This document shows positions 43,172 to 56,602 of a stretch of DNA of 64,000 nucleotides, one piece after another (within the stretch, counting starts at the first letter, position 1; each line of letters begins with the position of its first letter). Where the stretch lies: NCBI GenBank assembly GCA_050253075.1, contig JBFWJS010000001.1, positions 352,001-416,000 of the forward strand, given 5' to 3'. The stretch comes from Deferribacterales bacterium (lineage in GTDB: Bacteria; Chrysiogenota; Deferribacteres; Deferribacterales; Geovibrionaceae). The position numbers and the translations under genes were made by a program. The notes under the pieces are model-generated. The model saw only the letters and a program-made list of their open reading frames with translations, ran no database searches and had not been told where the DNA came from.

Positions 43172-44485
43172 TTATTTTCCGATACAGAAGTTATCAAAGA
43201 TATTTGATAAAATATCCTCTGTATATGATAATCCGGTGATTTCTGATAATAATCTGAGAGAAGAATTGAGTTCAAATTCGAAAATATCAAAATCTATCTC
43301 AGAAAAACCTAAAAGTTTCTCCACAGATTCCGCTATCTGGTCGAAATACCTCTTTTGCCTCTCGGTGACCATCACAGATTTACTATATGTATCTCCATCG
43401 GAAAGAGCAACCTTCTCCGCACACTTATCGATGAAGCATTTCATGTTTTCACCGTGCTTCACGGATACATAGCAGTCTATTCCGGAGTATTCAAGCAGAT
43501 TTTCAGCATCAGACTTGTTCGATACCACAAGCCTTTCCATATCTTTAGTGATATCAAGGACATTTTCGTCCTCGTGATTCAGCTCTCGGGAGCTGTCGAG
43601 CAGCACTATCACAAGGTCTGCATCGTTTATCAGGGATATAGTCTTCTCTATCCCCGCCTTTTCTATGGCATCGTCTGTAAAGCGCATCCCCGCCGTATCC
43701 ACAAGCGATACGGGCACACCGTTCAGCACAAATGAGCTCTCTATGTAGTCCCTTGTGGTTCCTGCCACTTCGGAGACTATCGCCCTATCCTCTTTCAGCA
43801 GGTAGTTCATCAGGGATGATTTCCCCGTATTAGGCTTACCCACTATGGCGATGCGATATCCATCACGCAGAATCTTGTGTGTTGAGTACGAGTTAAGTAT
43901 CTCTGTCACAGCAGTTCGGAGTGTCTTTAGGTTATCAAAGACGATCTTCTCGTGTGCTTCCTCAATGTCTTCCTCGGGGAAGTCGATGTGAGCCTCCACA
44001 ACCGTGAGTATGTTTATGAATATATCTCTGATCCCTTCGATCTCTTTGCGCATGGAGCCCTTGAGCTGAGAATAGGAATAGTCTATCCCCTTTCTCGTCT
44101 TTGAATCGATGAGTTCAGCCACAGACTCAGCCTGTGTCAGATCCATCTTTCCGTTCAGGAAGGCTCTCTTGGTAAATTCACCCGGCTCTGCACCTCTGAA
44201 ACCGAGCTTTTCAAAATCTGCGAAGGCAGACTGTACTATCAGCGGGTTTCCGTGGAAGGATATCTCTATGACATCCTCACCTGTGTATGAAGCGGGTGAT
44301 TTAAAGTATGTGACAAGTACATCGTCTCTGACCGATCCGTTATACTCCGTGTGTGCTGCCATCCGTGGGCGCAGCTCATTCACATCAAGGTGTTTCAGGA
44401 CATCCGGTGCCCTTTCACCCGATATGCGGACAGTAATAACAGCAGATGATACCAGCGGACTCAGCGCCGCATAGATAGTTTCCAT
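43172..44485 (-). CDS. mnmE: tRNA modification GTPase MnmE (TrmE)
   Basis: SYTGEDVIEISFHG, GEFTKRAFLNGK, GKPNTGKSS, GTTRD, C-terminal FCIGK. Confidence 0.96.
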   Translation of the reverse strand: METIYAALSPLVSSAVITVRISGERAPDVLKHLDVNELRPRMAAHTEYNGSVRDDVLVTYFKSPASYTGEDVIEISFHGNPLIVQSAFADFEKLGFRGAEPGEFTKRAFLNGKMDLTQAESVAELIDSKTRKGIDYSYSQLKGSMRKEIEGIRDIFINILTVVEAHIDFPEEDIEEAHEKIVFDNLKTLRTAVTEILNSYSTHKILRDGYRIAIVGKPNTGKSSLMNYLLKEDRAIVSEVAGTTRDYIESSFVLNGVPVSLVDTAGMRFTDDAIEKAGIEKTISLINDADLVIVLLDSSRELNHEDENVLDITKDMERLVVSNKSDAENLLEYSGIDCYVSVKHGENMKCFIDKCAEKVALSDGDTYSKSVMVTERQKRYFDQIAESVEKLLGFSEIDFDIFEFELNSSLRLLSEITGLSYTEDILSNIFDNFCIGK

Positions 44486-45333
44486 CAGTCCAGAGTAGCT
44501 TCGAAAGCCTTTACGGTATTATCAAGAAGCATGGCTATGGTCATAGGACCGACGCCCCCGGGCACAGGTGTTATGTGGCTGACCTTCTCTGAAACTTCGT
44601 CAAAGGCGACATCACCGACAACCTTGCCGTCTACTCTGTTTATACCTACGTCTATGACAACGGCACCCTCTTTCACATGCTCCGCCTTGAAGAACTCAGG
44701 GCATCCGATGGCAGTGACAAGGATATCCGCCTTGCTTGTATAGTCTTTCAGATTCTGTGTGTATATATGGCATGTGGTGACAGTACAGTCAGCGGCGAGG
44801 AGCATTGCGCTCATCGGTCTGCCGACGATATTGCTCGCACCGACGACCACGGCATTCTTACCCCTTGTGCTGATGTTGTACTCGTCGAGTATCTTCATAC
44901 AGCCTGCGGGGGTGCATGGTGCGAGACCCTTATCACCCGTATACATAAGTCCTACGTTGAAAGGGTGAAAGCCATCGACGTCCTTTGCGGGGTCGATGGC
45001 ATATATTATCTTCTTTTCATCTATGTGCTTAGGCAGCGGGAGCTGAACAAGGATACCGTGAATGGTGTCGTCCTTATTATACTTTTCCACTGCGGCGAGA
45101 AGTTCTTCCGTCGGAGTGCTTTCATGCATGCGGATGACGACGGACTTTATGCCCGCCTCAACGCACGCTTTATTCTTATTACTAACGTAAATCTCGCTGG
45201 CAGGGTCATCCCCCACCAGGAAGACCGCAAGCCCTGGCCCGCGACCGTGTTTACTTTTATGCTCAGCTACTCTAGTCTTCAGATCCGCTCTGATCTTCGC
45301 TGCCAGAGCCTTCCCGTCCATTACTGTCGCCAT
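44485..45333 (-). CDS. folD: Methylenetetrahydrofolate dehydrogenase/cyclohydrolase FolD
   Basis: [35 protein letters not shown]. Confidence 0.96.
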   Translation of the reverse strand: MATVMDGKALAAKIRADLKTRVAEHKSKHGRGPGLAVFLVGDDPASEIYVSNKNKACVEAGIKSVVIRMHESTPTEELLAAVEKYNKDDTIHGILVQLPLPKHIDEKKIIYAIDPAKDVDGFHPFNVGLMYTGDKGLAPCTPAGCMKILDEYNISTRGKNAVVVGASNIVGRPMSAMLLAADCTVTTCHIYTQNLKDYTSKADILVTAIGCPEFFKAEHVKEGAVVIDVGINRVDGKVVGDVAFDEVSEKVSHITPVPGGVGPMTIAMLLDNTVKAFEATLD

Positions 45334-47752
45334 TGATTGTACCCTCTTTTACAACTGCGAATGCGATGATATCGTCCTCACCTGTATCCATGAGCTTAAC
45401 ACCCATTGTGTCCCTGCCCATTTTAGAGATGCCTTTTACCTCTGTACGGATTGTTTTTCCGAATTTGGTGATGATCATCACCTCATCATTATCCGTAACC
45501 TGTTTCGCTCCGACCACAAAGCCTGTTTTCGGGCTTACACGGCAAAGTTTAAGACCCTTACCGCCTCTGGTCTGAACTCTGTATTCCTCCACAGGTGTGC
45601 ATTTACCAAAACCTGCGGATGTAACGGAGAGAATGTAAGGTGCTCCTGTGAGAACCTCCATGCTCATGAGCTCGTCTCTGGACTCCAGTGTGATGCCTCG
45701 GACACCGCTTGTGCTTCTGCCCATAGGTCTGGCATCTGTGGAGCTGAACTGTATAGTCTTTCCTGCCTTTGTAGAGAGGATGACGGTATCTTCATCTGTG
45801 GTGATATCCGCAGTGAGTATCTCGTCTCCGTCACGGAGCTTAATGGCTACGATGCCGCTTCGTCCGCTGCTAAATTCCTCAAGGCTTGTCTTTTTAATAG
45901 TACCGGACTTAGTAGCGAAGAAGAGGTACTTGCCGTCTATCTCTGTAGGCAGCGGAAGCACTGATGCTACGTATTCGTCCGGTTCGAGTGTGAGCAGGTT
46001 TGAAATATGTCTGCCCTTTGCGTCTCTCTGAGCTTCGGGAAGCGCATAAACCTTAAGGTAATGTACTTTACCTGTATTGGTGAAGAACATCATCCTTGTG
46101 TGGTTTGTGGTGACGATGATGCGCTCTACGAAGTCTTCTTCCTTGCTTCCTGCGCCCATCTTGCCCTTTCCGCCTCGTTTCTGTGCCTGATAGCTGGAAA
46201 GAAGCGTAGATTTGATATAACCGCTGTGGGTCATAGTAACTACCTTTTCAGTATTCGGGATGAGGTCTTCATCTTCGAATTCCTGAAGTCCGGCAGCTAT
46301 CTCTGTTCTTCTTTCGTCGCCGTATTTATCGAGAACTTCCTGCAGCTCGTCTTTGATAACGCCCATCATAACAGGTCTGCTGCCGAGGATGCTCTTGTAG
46401 TATTCGATATCTTTGAGAGTAGCTTCGTACTCTTCTTTCAGCTTTTCGATCTCCAGACCGGTCAGCTTATGGAGTCTCATCTCCAGGATGCTCTGAGCCT
46501 GAATCTCGGAAAATCCGAATTTCTCACAGAGGTTTATCTTAGCTGATGGTGTATCCTTAGATGCTTTGATGGTCTTGATGACCTCATCTATGTTTTCCAC
46601 AGCTTTGATAAGTCCTTCTAATATGTGGAGTCTTGCCTCTGCTTTAGCAAGGAGGAATTTTGTCCTGCGGGTAACGACTGTTATCCTGTGTTTCAGGAAT
46701 TCCTCAAGTATCTGCTGAAGAGTAAGGGTCTGAGGTTTACCGTCTACGATGGCAACCATGTTGAAACCGAAAGATGTCTGAAGCTGAGTGAACTTATAAA
46801 GTCTGTTCAGCACAACATCTACGTTTTCGCCTTTTTTCAGCTCTATTACAACCCTGATACCGTCTTTATCAGACTCGTCTCTAAGGTCTGTGATGCCTGT
46901 TATCTTTTTATCCTGAACAAGTTCGGCGATCTTCTCGATCATAGAGGCCTTGTTTACAAGATAAGGTATCTCACGGACGACTATCACAGGCTTACCTGTT
47001 TTAGTCTCTTCAAACTGAACCTTCGCACGGATAATGATAGAGCCGCGTCCTGTGCGGTAAGCAGTCTGAATGTCCCTGCTGCCCATTATTATACCGGCAG
47101 TGGGAAAGTCAGGTCCTTTGATAAGCCCCAGAATATCCTCTGTGCTGTATTCAGGATTATCTATCATGTGCTTTAAAGCACTGATAATCTCAGTGATATT
47201 GTGCGGTGGTATGTTTGTAGCCATACCGACGGCGATACCGCTTGTACCGTTTACAAGGAGTGTCGGTATACGTGTAGGGAGCACAACAGGCTCTGTCATC
47301 GAACCGTCATAGTTCTCAGCGAAGTCTACCGTGTCTTTATCGAGGTCAGCAAGGATATCGTCTGATATCTTAGAAAGTCTGATCTCTGTATACCTCATCG
47401 CCGCTGCGGAGTCTCCGTCGACAGAACCAAAGTTACCCTGTCCGTCTACGAGAGGATAGCGGAGTGAGAAATCCTGTGCCATACGTACGATAGTGTCATA
47501 TACGGCAGAGTCACCGTGTGGGTGATACTTACCGATAACGTCACCGACGATACGTGCGGATTTCTTATATGCTTTGTTGTAATGTACGCCCATCTCGTTC
47601 ATGGAGAAGAGCGAACGTCTGTGAACAGGCTTAAGGCCGTCACGGACATCAGGAAGAGCTCGACCCACGATAACGGACATCGCATAATCGAGATAACTAT
47701 TCTTTACCGATTCTTCTATACTAATGTCGATAGTTTTACTTGTATCAGCCAT
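45272..47752 (-). CDS. gyrA: DNA gyrase subunit A
   Basis: [30 protein letters not shown], GyrA-box QKRGGKG. Confidence 0.98.
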   Translation of the reverse strand: MADTSKTIDISIEESVKNSYLDYAMSVIVGRALPDVRDGLKPVHRRSLFSMNEMGVHYNKAYKKSARIVGDVIGKYHPHGDSAVYDTIVRMAQDFSLRYPLVDGQGNFGSVDGDSAAAMRYTEIRLSKISDDILADLDKDTVDFAENYDGSMTEPVVLPTRIPTLLVNGTSGIAVGMATNIPPHNITEIISALKHMIDNPEYSTEDILGLIKGPDFPTAGIIMGSRDIQTAYRTGRGSIIIRAKVQFEETKTGKPVIVVREIPYLVNKASMIEKIAELVQDKKITGITDLRDESDKDGIRVVIELKKGENVDVVLNRLYKFTQLQTSFGFNMVAIVDGKPQTLTLQQILEEFLKHRITVVTRRTKFLLAKAEARLHILEGLIKAVENIDEVIKTIKASKDTPSAKINLCEKFGFSEIQAQSILEMRLHKLTGLEIEKLKEEYEATLKDIEYYKSILGSRPVMMGVIKDELQEVLDKYGDERRTEIAAGLQEFEDEDLIPNTEKVVTMTHSGYIKSTLLSSYQAQKRGGKGKMGAGSKEEDFVERIIVTTNHTRMMFFTNTGKVHYLKVYALPEAQRDAKGRHISNLLTLEPDEYVASVLPLPTEIDGKYLFFATKSGTIKKTSLEEFSSGRSGIVAIKLRDGDEILTADITTDEDTVILSTKAGKTIQFSSTDARPMGRSTSGVRGITLESRDELMSMEVLTGAPYILSVTSAGFGKCTPVEEYRVQTRGGKGLKLCRVSPKTGFVVGAKQVTDNDEVMIITKFGKTIRTEVKGISKMGRDTMGVKLMDTGEDDIIAFAVVKEGTINGDSNGREGSGSEDQSGSED

Positions 47753-47760
47753 TAATTCAC

Positions 47761-51150
<3,390 letters not shown>

Positions 51151-51151
<1 letters not shown>

Positions 51152-52257
51152 TAGTACCTGTTGATAGAGATTGGTACTACAAGGTATTTATACTCGCCAG
51201 ATTCAGGGAGTATAACTGCAGGGTTTCTCTCACCCATCATATGCAGCTTGAAATAGTCTGTGTCTATGTTTGAAACCATCTCTGCGACATGTTTAGCATT
51301 GAAGATGATGTCTATAGGCTGACCGTTGTATTCGAAATCGTCTATGGATTCGTGTCCTGTGCCGTATTCTGTCTCAAGGGAGTAGATAGTCAGCGTGCCC
51401 GGTTTGAATGAAAGCACGACACCGTGTGTCACTTCGCTGGTGATGGCAGATACCCTTTTGACAACGTCGAGGAACTCCGACTTTCTCAGCTTAGCCTGCA
51501 TAGGGAGCTCGTTAGTGAAGAGCTTTGTGATGCTCTTGATGTACTTTTCTATCAGTTTGCTGAATATCTTTATCTCGCCTATGGTGAAGACTATCTGTCT
51601 TCTGTCTGTTTCGACCTCGATGTATTCATCCTGATCGAGAATTTTAAGAAGCTCTGTAACAGTCTTACGAGGTATGTTGATCATAAATTCGTTAGAGTAT
51701 TCCTCGTCGAATTTTATGCTGCTGGTGGCGATACGCTGGAAGTCCGCTGCGGATATCTCGAGCTTATCTCCGTAAACAGCCATGTGTGATCCTGTGTACT
51801 CTATCTTAGATGCATCTGTTGAGATGCAGAAGCTTGTCTTTTTAAGAAGGTCATAAAGCATGGAAGACTTTATCTTCAGGTAATATTCGGGTGTTATCTC
51901 TGCCATAGTAGGGAACTGAGAAAAATCGATGGTAGAGAGTTTGAAGTTAGATTTTCCTGAATCAATATTGATCTTTGATCCGTCAAATGAGAAATCTATA
52001 ACTGATCCGTCAGGTATCTCTTTTATGATGTCTAAAAGTTTCTTACCTGATACTGTTGCTGTACCTGTCTCTTCAACTGAAACGGCTACCTTTCCTGAGA
52101 AACCGACCTGCATGTCTGTTGCACGAAGGGTTATACCGTCTGATTCAGCATCTATGAGGATGTTCTGCAGAACCGTATTGAGGTTCTTAGGGCTGGTAAA
52201 ACTGTTTGCAAATTGTATGAAGGGGTAGATTTCATCTTTTACGGCCTTAAAACGCAT
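51151..52257 (-). CDS. dnaN: DNA polymerase III beta sliding clamp
   Basis: 368 aa, LRATDMQV, SGKSNFKL, IIFNAK, YKYLVVPI; head of dnaN-recF-gyrB-gyrA. Confidence 0.93.
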
Positions 52258-52269
52258 AGTGACCTCTTA

Positions 52270-52470
52270 GTATTATATTATAAATATAGTTGTAGTAATA
52301 ATAAGCTATTTGGAAATTGTTGACAAGCGATTTTGACCAAATTTGTCAATGATTTTTGCTCGTCGAAAACTGTGGAAATCATTTACGTACTTTCCACATA
52401 TTAAACACAATTGAAAAAAAAGTAAAACATCGGCTATAATTACGTGGAAAAAATAAAAACTTGTCAACAG
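52270..52470. other. Probable chromosomal replication origin oriC
   Basis: AT tract 52271-52286; DnaA-trio-like TAG TTG TAG TAA TAA TAA (52287-52304); adjacent degenerate DnaA boxes 52309-52317 and 52318-52326; further boxes 52371-52379, 52390-52398, 52401-52409, 52443-52451, 52461-52469. Confidence 0.78.
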
Positions 52471-52544
52471 GACTAAACACTTTATAATCATTTAAACCAA
52501 GGTTATTAGGTTTGGTTTTTTAATTTTTAGGAAGGCTCATTGTA

Positions 52545-53060
52545 ATGGATAATTCATCAACTTTTCACGCACAGATAGAATTTGTATTCATGCATAACGC
52601 ACGTACAAAAAAGATCCCCCTTATGTTCATCATGAAAAACAAGGAGAGGTTCAGAGGGCGTGTAGAGGATTTTGATCAGTACCACATCATTATCGATGAT
52701 GCTGAATTGAAAATTATGTTAAATAAGAATGACATAGCTACTGTTGCAGCGGCAAAGACCGTTGTTGATATCGACTATATTTCGAAGATATATTACAACG
52801 CACATCAGGGTAAACACCCACGTCACACACGCCCGCCTATGCAGGATATATTCCTTAACGAGGTGCGTAAATCACGCTCGCCTATCATCAGCTTCCTTAT
52901 AAACGGGGTTAAGATACGCGGCAGCCTCATCGGTTTTGATAACTATACAATGCTGACAGCTTTCGAAGGACGCCAGCAGCTTGTTTATAAAAATACTGTC
53001 TCCACCGTGTTCCCTATATATCAGCACGGCGAGATCATAAAATACGATAACGAGAGATAA
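52545..53060 (+). CDS. hfq: Hfq-family RNA chaperone with two tandem Sm domains
   Basis: Domain 2 MQDIFLNEVRK..FLINGVKIRG..FDNYTML..QQLVYKNTVSTV; domain 1 FMHNARTKKIP..FRGRVEDFDQY..MLNKNDIATV. Confidence 0.85.
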   Translation: MDNSSTFHAQIEFVFMHNARTKKIPLMFIMKNKERFRGRVEDFDQYHIIIDDAELKIMLNKNDIATVAAAKTVVDIDYISKIYYNAHQGKHPRHTRPPMQDIFLNEVRKSRSPIISFLINGVKIRGSLIGFDNYTMLTAFEGRQQLVYKNTVSTVFPIYQHGEIIKYDNER

Positions 53061-53061
53061 C

Positions 53062-53424
53062 ATGCAGGAACTTAAAATATTAGTAGTAGATGATGAAGAG
53101 CACACACGCTTAGGCTATACCGAAATACTTAAAATGGGCGGACACCATGTGGATATGGCCGCAGACGGTATGGAAGGACTGGCAAAGGCCTCTGTGGAAG
53201 AGTACGACCTTATCATCACAGACCTGCACATGCCGAAGATGAACGGTGTGGAATTCATCGAACAGCTTGATAAAAAGAATGATAAAGCGAAGAAGATAGT
53301 CATCACGGCTTTCGGATCTTATAAATCTTTCAAAGAAACAGCAGACCACGGAGCATGTCTCTACCTTAACAAGCCTGTCCGTGCGGCAGACCTTGAGCAA
53401 GCTCTCTACGACTGCTTCAAGTAG
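53062..53424 (+). CDS. Stand-alone response regulator receiver protein
   Basis: LVVDDE, ITDLHMP, ITAFG, LNKPV. Confidence 0.92.
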   Translation: MQELKILVVDDEEHTRLGYTEILKMGGHHVDMAADGMEGLAKASVEEYDLIITDLHMPKMNGVEFIEQLDKKNDKAKKIVITAFGSYKSFKETADHGACLYLNKPVRAADLEQALYDCFK

Positions 53425-53510
53425 GCTCGCCTACCTTTTATCACAAAGTCTTGGAATTGTCTGACAGTATGACCTTACCGATCCCGCCGGTCACTTACTT
53501 ACGTGATAAT

Positions 53511-53615
53511 GTCATCATGAGGAACGGAGTGACGTAATGATCTCAGCCGATAGAATATATTAAATATGGTTTTAGATTCTTACGTAAGAACATAAATGTT
53601 CTTCCTCAGAATGAC
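53511..53615. repeat. GTCATT-type palindromic repeat (two arms)
   Basis: gtcatcatgaggaacggagtgacg...agattcttacg...cctcagaatgac. Confidence 0.7.
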
Positions 53616-53700
53616 CGTCAACTTCATAGGCGAGTAGCACGAGCCGCTAAACGAGGAAGTACAAAACACTTCTTATAATTCGGCCGTCGCTCCTAAGCGA

Positions 53701-55371
53701 CTAGAAGGTGCATGAACGCTGTGTTTCGATAAACACAGGGTCATCTTCAAGGCTGATGAAGTGCTGTTTGCCGAATCTCTTTTGGAAATATCTGCTGATA
53801 TCCCTTTCAAGGAAGAACTGCACGGCAGACATTGTCGGGTCGCCGGAGAAGGTTTTCACCTTTTTTTCGTATTTCTTAGGTATTGCAGAGAGAGAGATAA
53901 GGTCGTCTGCTAGTGTATCACTGTCTGTCAGTGAATAGAAAACGACATCGTCGATGCGTCCGAACTGCTTCTCTGTGTATGAGATAACCGAATGGATGAA
54001 AACACGCAGCCTGTGAAGGCTGTCGAGTGCTTTCTGGTCTATATAGAGCTCTATCCCCTGTTTGCGGTAGAGGTTGAATCTTTTCACATCGCCTTTAACG
54101 CTCAGCTTCACGGTGAGCTCAAGAGGGCAGTCGTCCATTACGTCTGCTCTGTCGTACAGGTTTAGCCTGCGGTCTGCGAGCCCGTTCTTCATAAGGAGTG
54201 CGGCAGTGCGGAAGAATACCGTGAATGATATAGAATCCGGCTGGTGGAAATCATCCTTCACAGCCACGTTCAGCAGGTCTTTGCTGATGGTCACTATCGG
54301 GTTTTTACCCCTGAATTCAGACATGCCGAAGAGGGAATCGCAGTCTATGAACCCTGCAGACATATCATAAAGGTTTCCTTCGTCGAGGAAGTGCGCCTTT
54401 TCAATATTATCGAGAGGTATTAGCAGTTTCTTTCCCGGGGTCTGGTTTACGAAACGCATGAACCTAACGAGGTCTCTGTGGTTTTCCCTCGGCTGTAAAA
54501 CTTCCACAAGCAGGTCGCCCAGCTCCATAGACTTATATTTCACCAGTCCGAACATTTCCTCACCTTCGAAGTACGGCTCGTCTAGGACAACTATCACACG
54601 CTCGATGTCTGTAATGTCGATATTATTGTGGATAAAGTCTGATATAAGCTGATCCTCGAGTATCTTCGTGAGCCTTTCGGATGTTCTCACCTCGCCCTTG
54701 TTCACAACACTGCTGAGGGCTGCGCTGTAATGGTAATAGAGTATGAAACCCTGCTGTTGTACGAGGAGCAGTCCGTCATTGCTGAAGGATGCGTCGTCGT
54801 CTTTATGTTCGTTCTCTTCGTATTTTCTGATCTCTATGGTGTCGCCCTGTTCGGCGGCTATCTCTGCTATCGGTCTTTCGTCATATACAAGGTCGTCTAC
54901 GATAACTTCATCGCTGAAATCCTCGATAACTTCGGGTTTGCTCGGTTTCTGATCGGCTTCTTTTATAAACATTTCTGTGGAGAGCACAGATTTGAATTCG
55001 TTCTCTTCGATTATCTGCCCGTCGCTCTTTTTGATCTTAAGGCTGACGATGTTCGGGTCCGTCCCTTCGAATTTGGCCGCTGCCTGAGTGTCTACAGTGA
55101 TGTTTGATTTTATGCCGTACTGACAGGCGAGCCTCATGCCCGCGTCGATGCTTGCCTCTGCGAGGACAAGGCGTTCCTTCTTTGTGGGTTTGTTGACAGA
55201 CTGCCCCGATACCTTCACCTTACATTTTCCGCACTGTCCGCTTCCGTCACAGAGCTTCTTTTCTATAAGGTTATTCTCACGCAGAAGGTGATAAAGGTTA
55301 GCGCCGCTTTTCACCTCAAAGGCATGTCCGCTGCCGGCTACGGTTACTGTAAATTTTTTTGAGCCAAACAT
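53701..55371 (-). CDS. 2Fe-2S ferredoxin-domain protein, degenerate RACo/ASKHA-like
   Basis: CDGSGQCGKC...RLACQ at N-terminus; remainder lacks recognisable ATPase motifs. Confidence 0.7.
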   Translation of the reverse strand: MFGSKKFTVTVAGSGHAFEVKSGANLYHLLRENNLIEKKLCDGSGQCGKCKVKVSGQSVNKPTKKERLVLAEASIDAGMRLACQYGIKSNITVDTQAAAKFEGTDPNIVSLKIKKSDGQIIEENEFKSVLSTEMFIKEADQKPSKPEVIEDFSDEVIVDDLVYDERPIAEIAAEQGDTIEIRKYEENEHKDDDASFSNDGLLLVQQQGFILYYHYSAALSSVVNKGEVRTSERLTKILEDQLISDFIHNNIDITDIERVIVVLDEPYFEGEEMFGLVKYKSMELGDLLVEVLQPRENHRDLVRFMRFVNQTPGKKLLIPLDNIEKAHFLDEGNLYDMSAGFIDCDSLFGMSEFRGKNPIVTISKDLLNVAVKDDFHQPDSISFTVFFRTAALLMKNGLADRRLNLYDRADVMDDCPLELTVKLSVKGDVKRFNLYRKQGIELYIDQKALDSLHRLRVFIHSVISYTEKQFGRIDDVVFYSLTDSDTLADDLISLSAIPKKYEKKVKTFSGDPTMSAVQFFLERDISRYFQKRFGKQHFISLEDDPVFIETQRSCTF

Positions 55372-55417
55372 CTGTGTTTCTCCCCGTACATATTCAAAGT
55401 TATAATCGACAATAATA

Positions 55418-56602
55418 TCAGGAACTTGATACCAGTTTCTTTATATCACTCCCTGCGGGGTGCTGAAATACGGAAAGGTCAAATTCATTCACGGCCGCCA
55501 GCAGGTGGTCAAAGATGTCGGACTGGATCCCTTCATAGACTATCCAGTCGGTATCATTGGTGAAAACATATATCTCGATAGGCAGCCCCTCCGGGCCGGG
55601 CGGGAGCTGTCTCACAAGCAATGTGAGGTCCTTCCGTATCTTCGGGTGCGCCTTTAGATAGTTTATTATATATGCTCTGAAAGTACCGACATTTGTCAGC
55701 TTTCTTCGGTTCGGGTCTGTGCCGTCGGCATCCACGTCTTCATTCAGCTTCGAGTCGAGGTAGTCGCTGATAAGGTTTATATGTTTCAGCCTTTCGATAT
55801 CATCCTTATGTAAAAAGCGTATGGATGACTGGTCTATGTTGATAGATCTTTTGATGCGTCGTCCGCCTGCTTCCTTCATCCCGCGCCAGTTTTTGAAAGA
55901 GCCGTCCATCAGCTTGCTTGTGGGGATGTATACGATAGTTTTGTCAAAGTTCTGCACTGTCACGTTATAGAGGGCTATGTCTACGACATCTCCGTCCGCT
56001 CCGAACTGGGGCACTTCTATCCAGTCGCCCTTGTGGATAAGGTCGTTGAACATAAGCTGCATACCCGCTATGAAGGAGAGGATGGTGTCTTTGAATATCA
56101 GCATAAGGACAGCCGTCATGGCTCCCAGCCCGCTTATGAAGCCGAGCGGTGATTTGCCAATGGCTATGTATACTGATGCTATGATGCCGAGAAACCCCGC
56201 CAGCACCTGTGCCATCTGTATGTATCCTTTGATGGGTCGTGTGTCCGATATTTCAAAAGTATTGTATATCTTGTTGATAAGTGTAAAAAGTCGGATGATT
56301 ATCAGCGTGACGTTCACGCCGATGTATGCGGCGATGATCTGGCTGATCTCCGGGCGCATGTTTATTATCTCTTTGGCATAGATGAAAACAAGTGCGGGAG
56401 CAATGAGGGAAAGCTGCTTAAACACCTTTGAGTCGATGAGTATGTCGTCTATCTTGTTCTTTGTCCTTTCGAAAAGTGCCGTTATCACCCTTGTAAAGAT
56501 GGTCTTTACTATGAAATAGCTGAGAAAGGCGGCGAGTATAGTTATCGAATACTCGGATGTACTCATCAAAAACTGCTTTATGGTATCTATGCTGATTTCC
56601 AT
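55418..56602 (-). CDS. Small-conductance mechanosensitive channel (MscS family, YbdG-like)
   Basis: GLGAMTAVLMLIFKD, GDWIEVP...DGDV, FKNWRGM...GGRRIKR, YEGIQSDIFDH. Confidence 0.92.
   Translation of the reverse strand: MEISIDTIKQFLMSTSEYSITILAAFLSYFIVKTIFTRVITALFERTKNKIDDILIDSKVFKQLSLIAPALVFIYAKEIINMRPEISQIIAAYIGVNVTLIIIRLFTLINKIYNTFEISDTRPIKGYIQMAQVLAGFLGIIASVYIAIGKSPLGFISGLGAMTAVLMLIFKDTILSFIAGMQLMFNDLIHKGDWIEVPQFGADGDVVDIALYNVTVQNFDKTIVYIPTSKLMDGSFKNWRGMKEAGGRRIKRSINIDQSSIRFLHKDDIERLKHINLISDYLDSKLNEDVDADGTDPNRRKLTNVGTFRAYIINYLKAHPKIRKDLTLLVRQLPPGPEGLPIEIYVFTNDTDWIVYEGIQSDIFDHLLAAVNEFDLSVFQHPAGSDIKKLVSSS

Noticed and set aside
45272..45333. gyrA/folD 62-bp overlap as a frameshift
   Set aside because: Both proteins look complete, and the overlap encodes a plausible acidic low-complexity GyrA tail
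53421..53700. gtaggctcgcctac and ggcgagtagcacgagccgcta as an sRNA or REP
   Set aside because: Short hairpins with no second clear copy in the window; insufficient support
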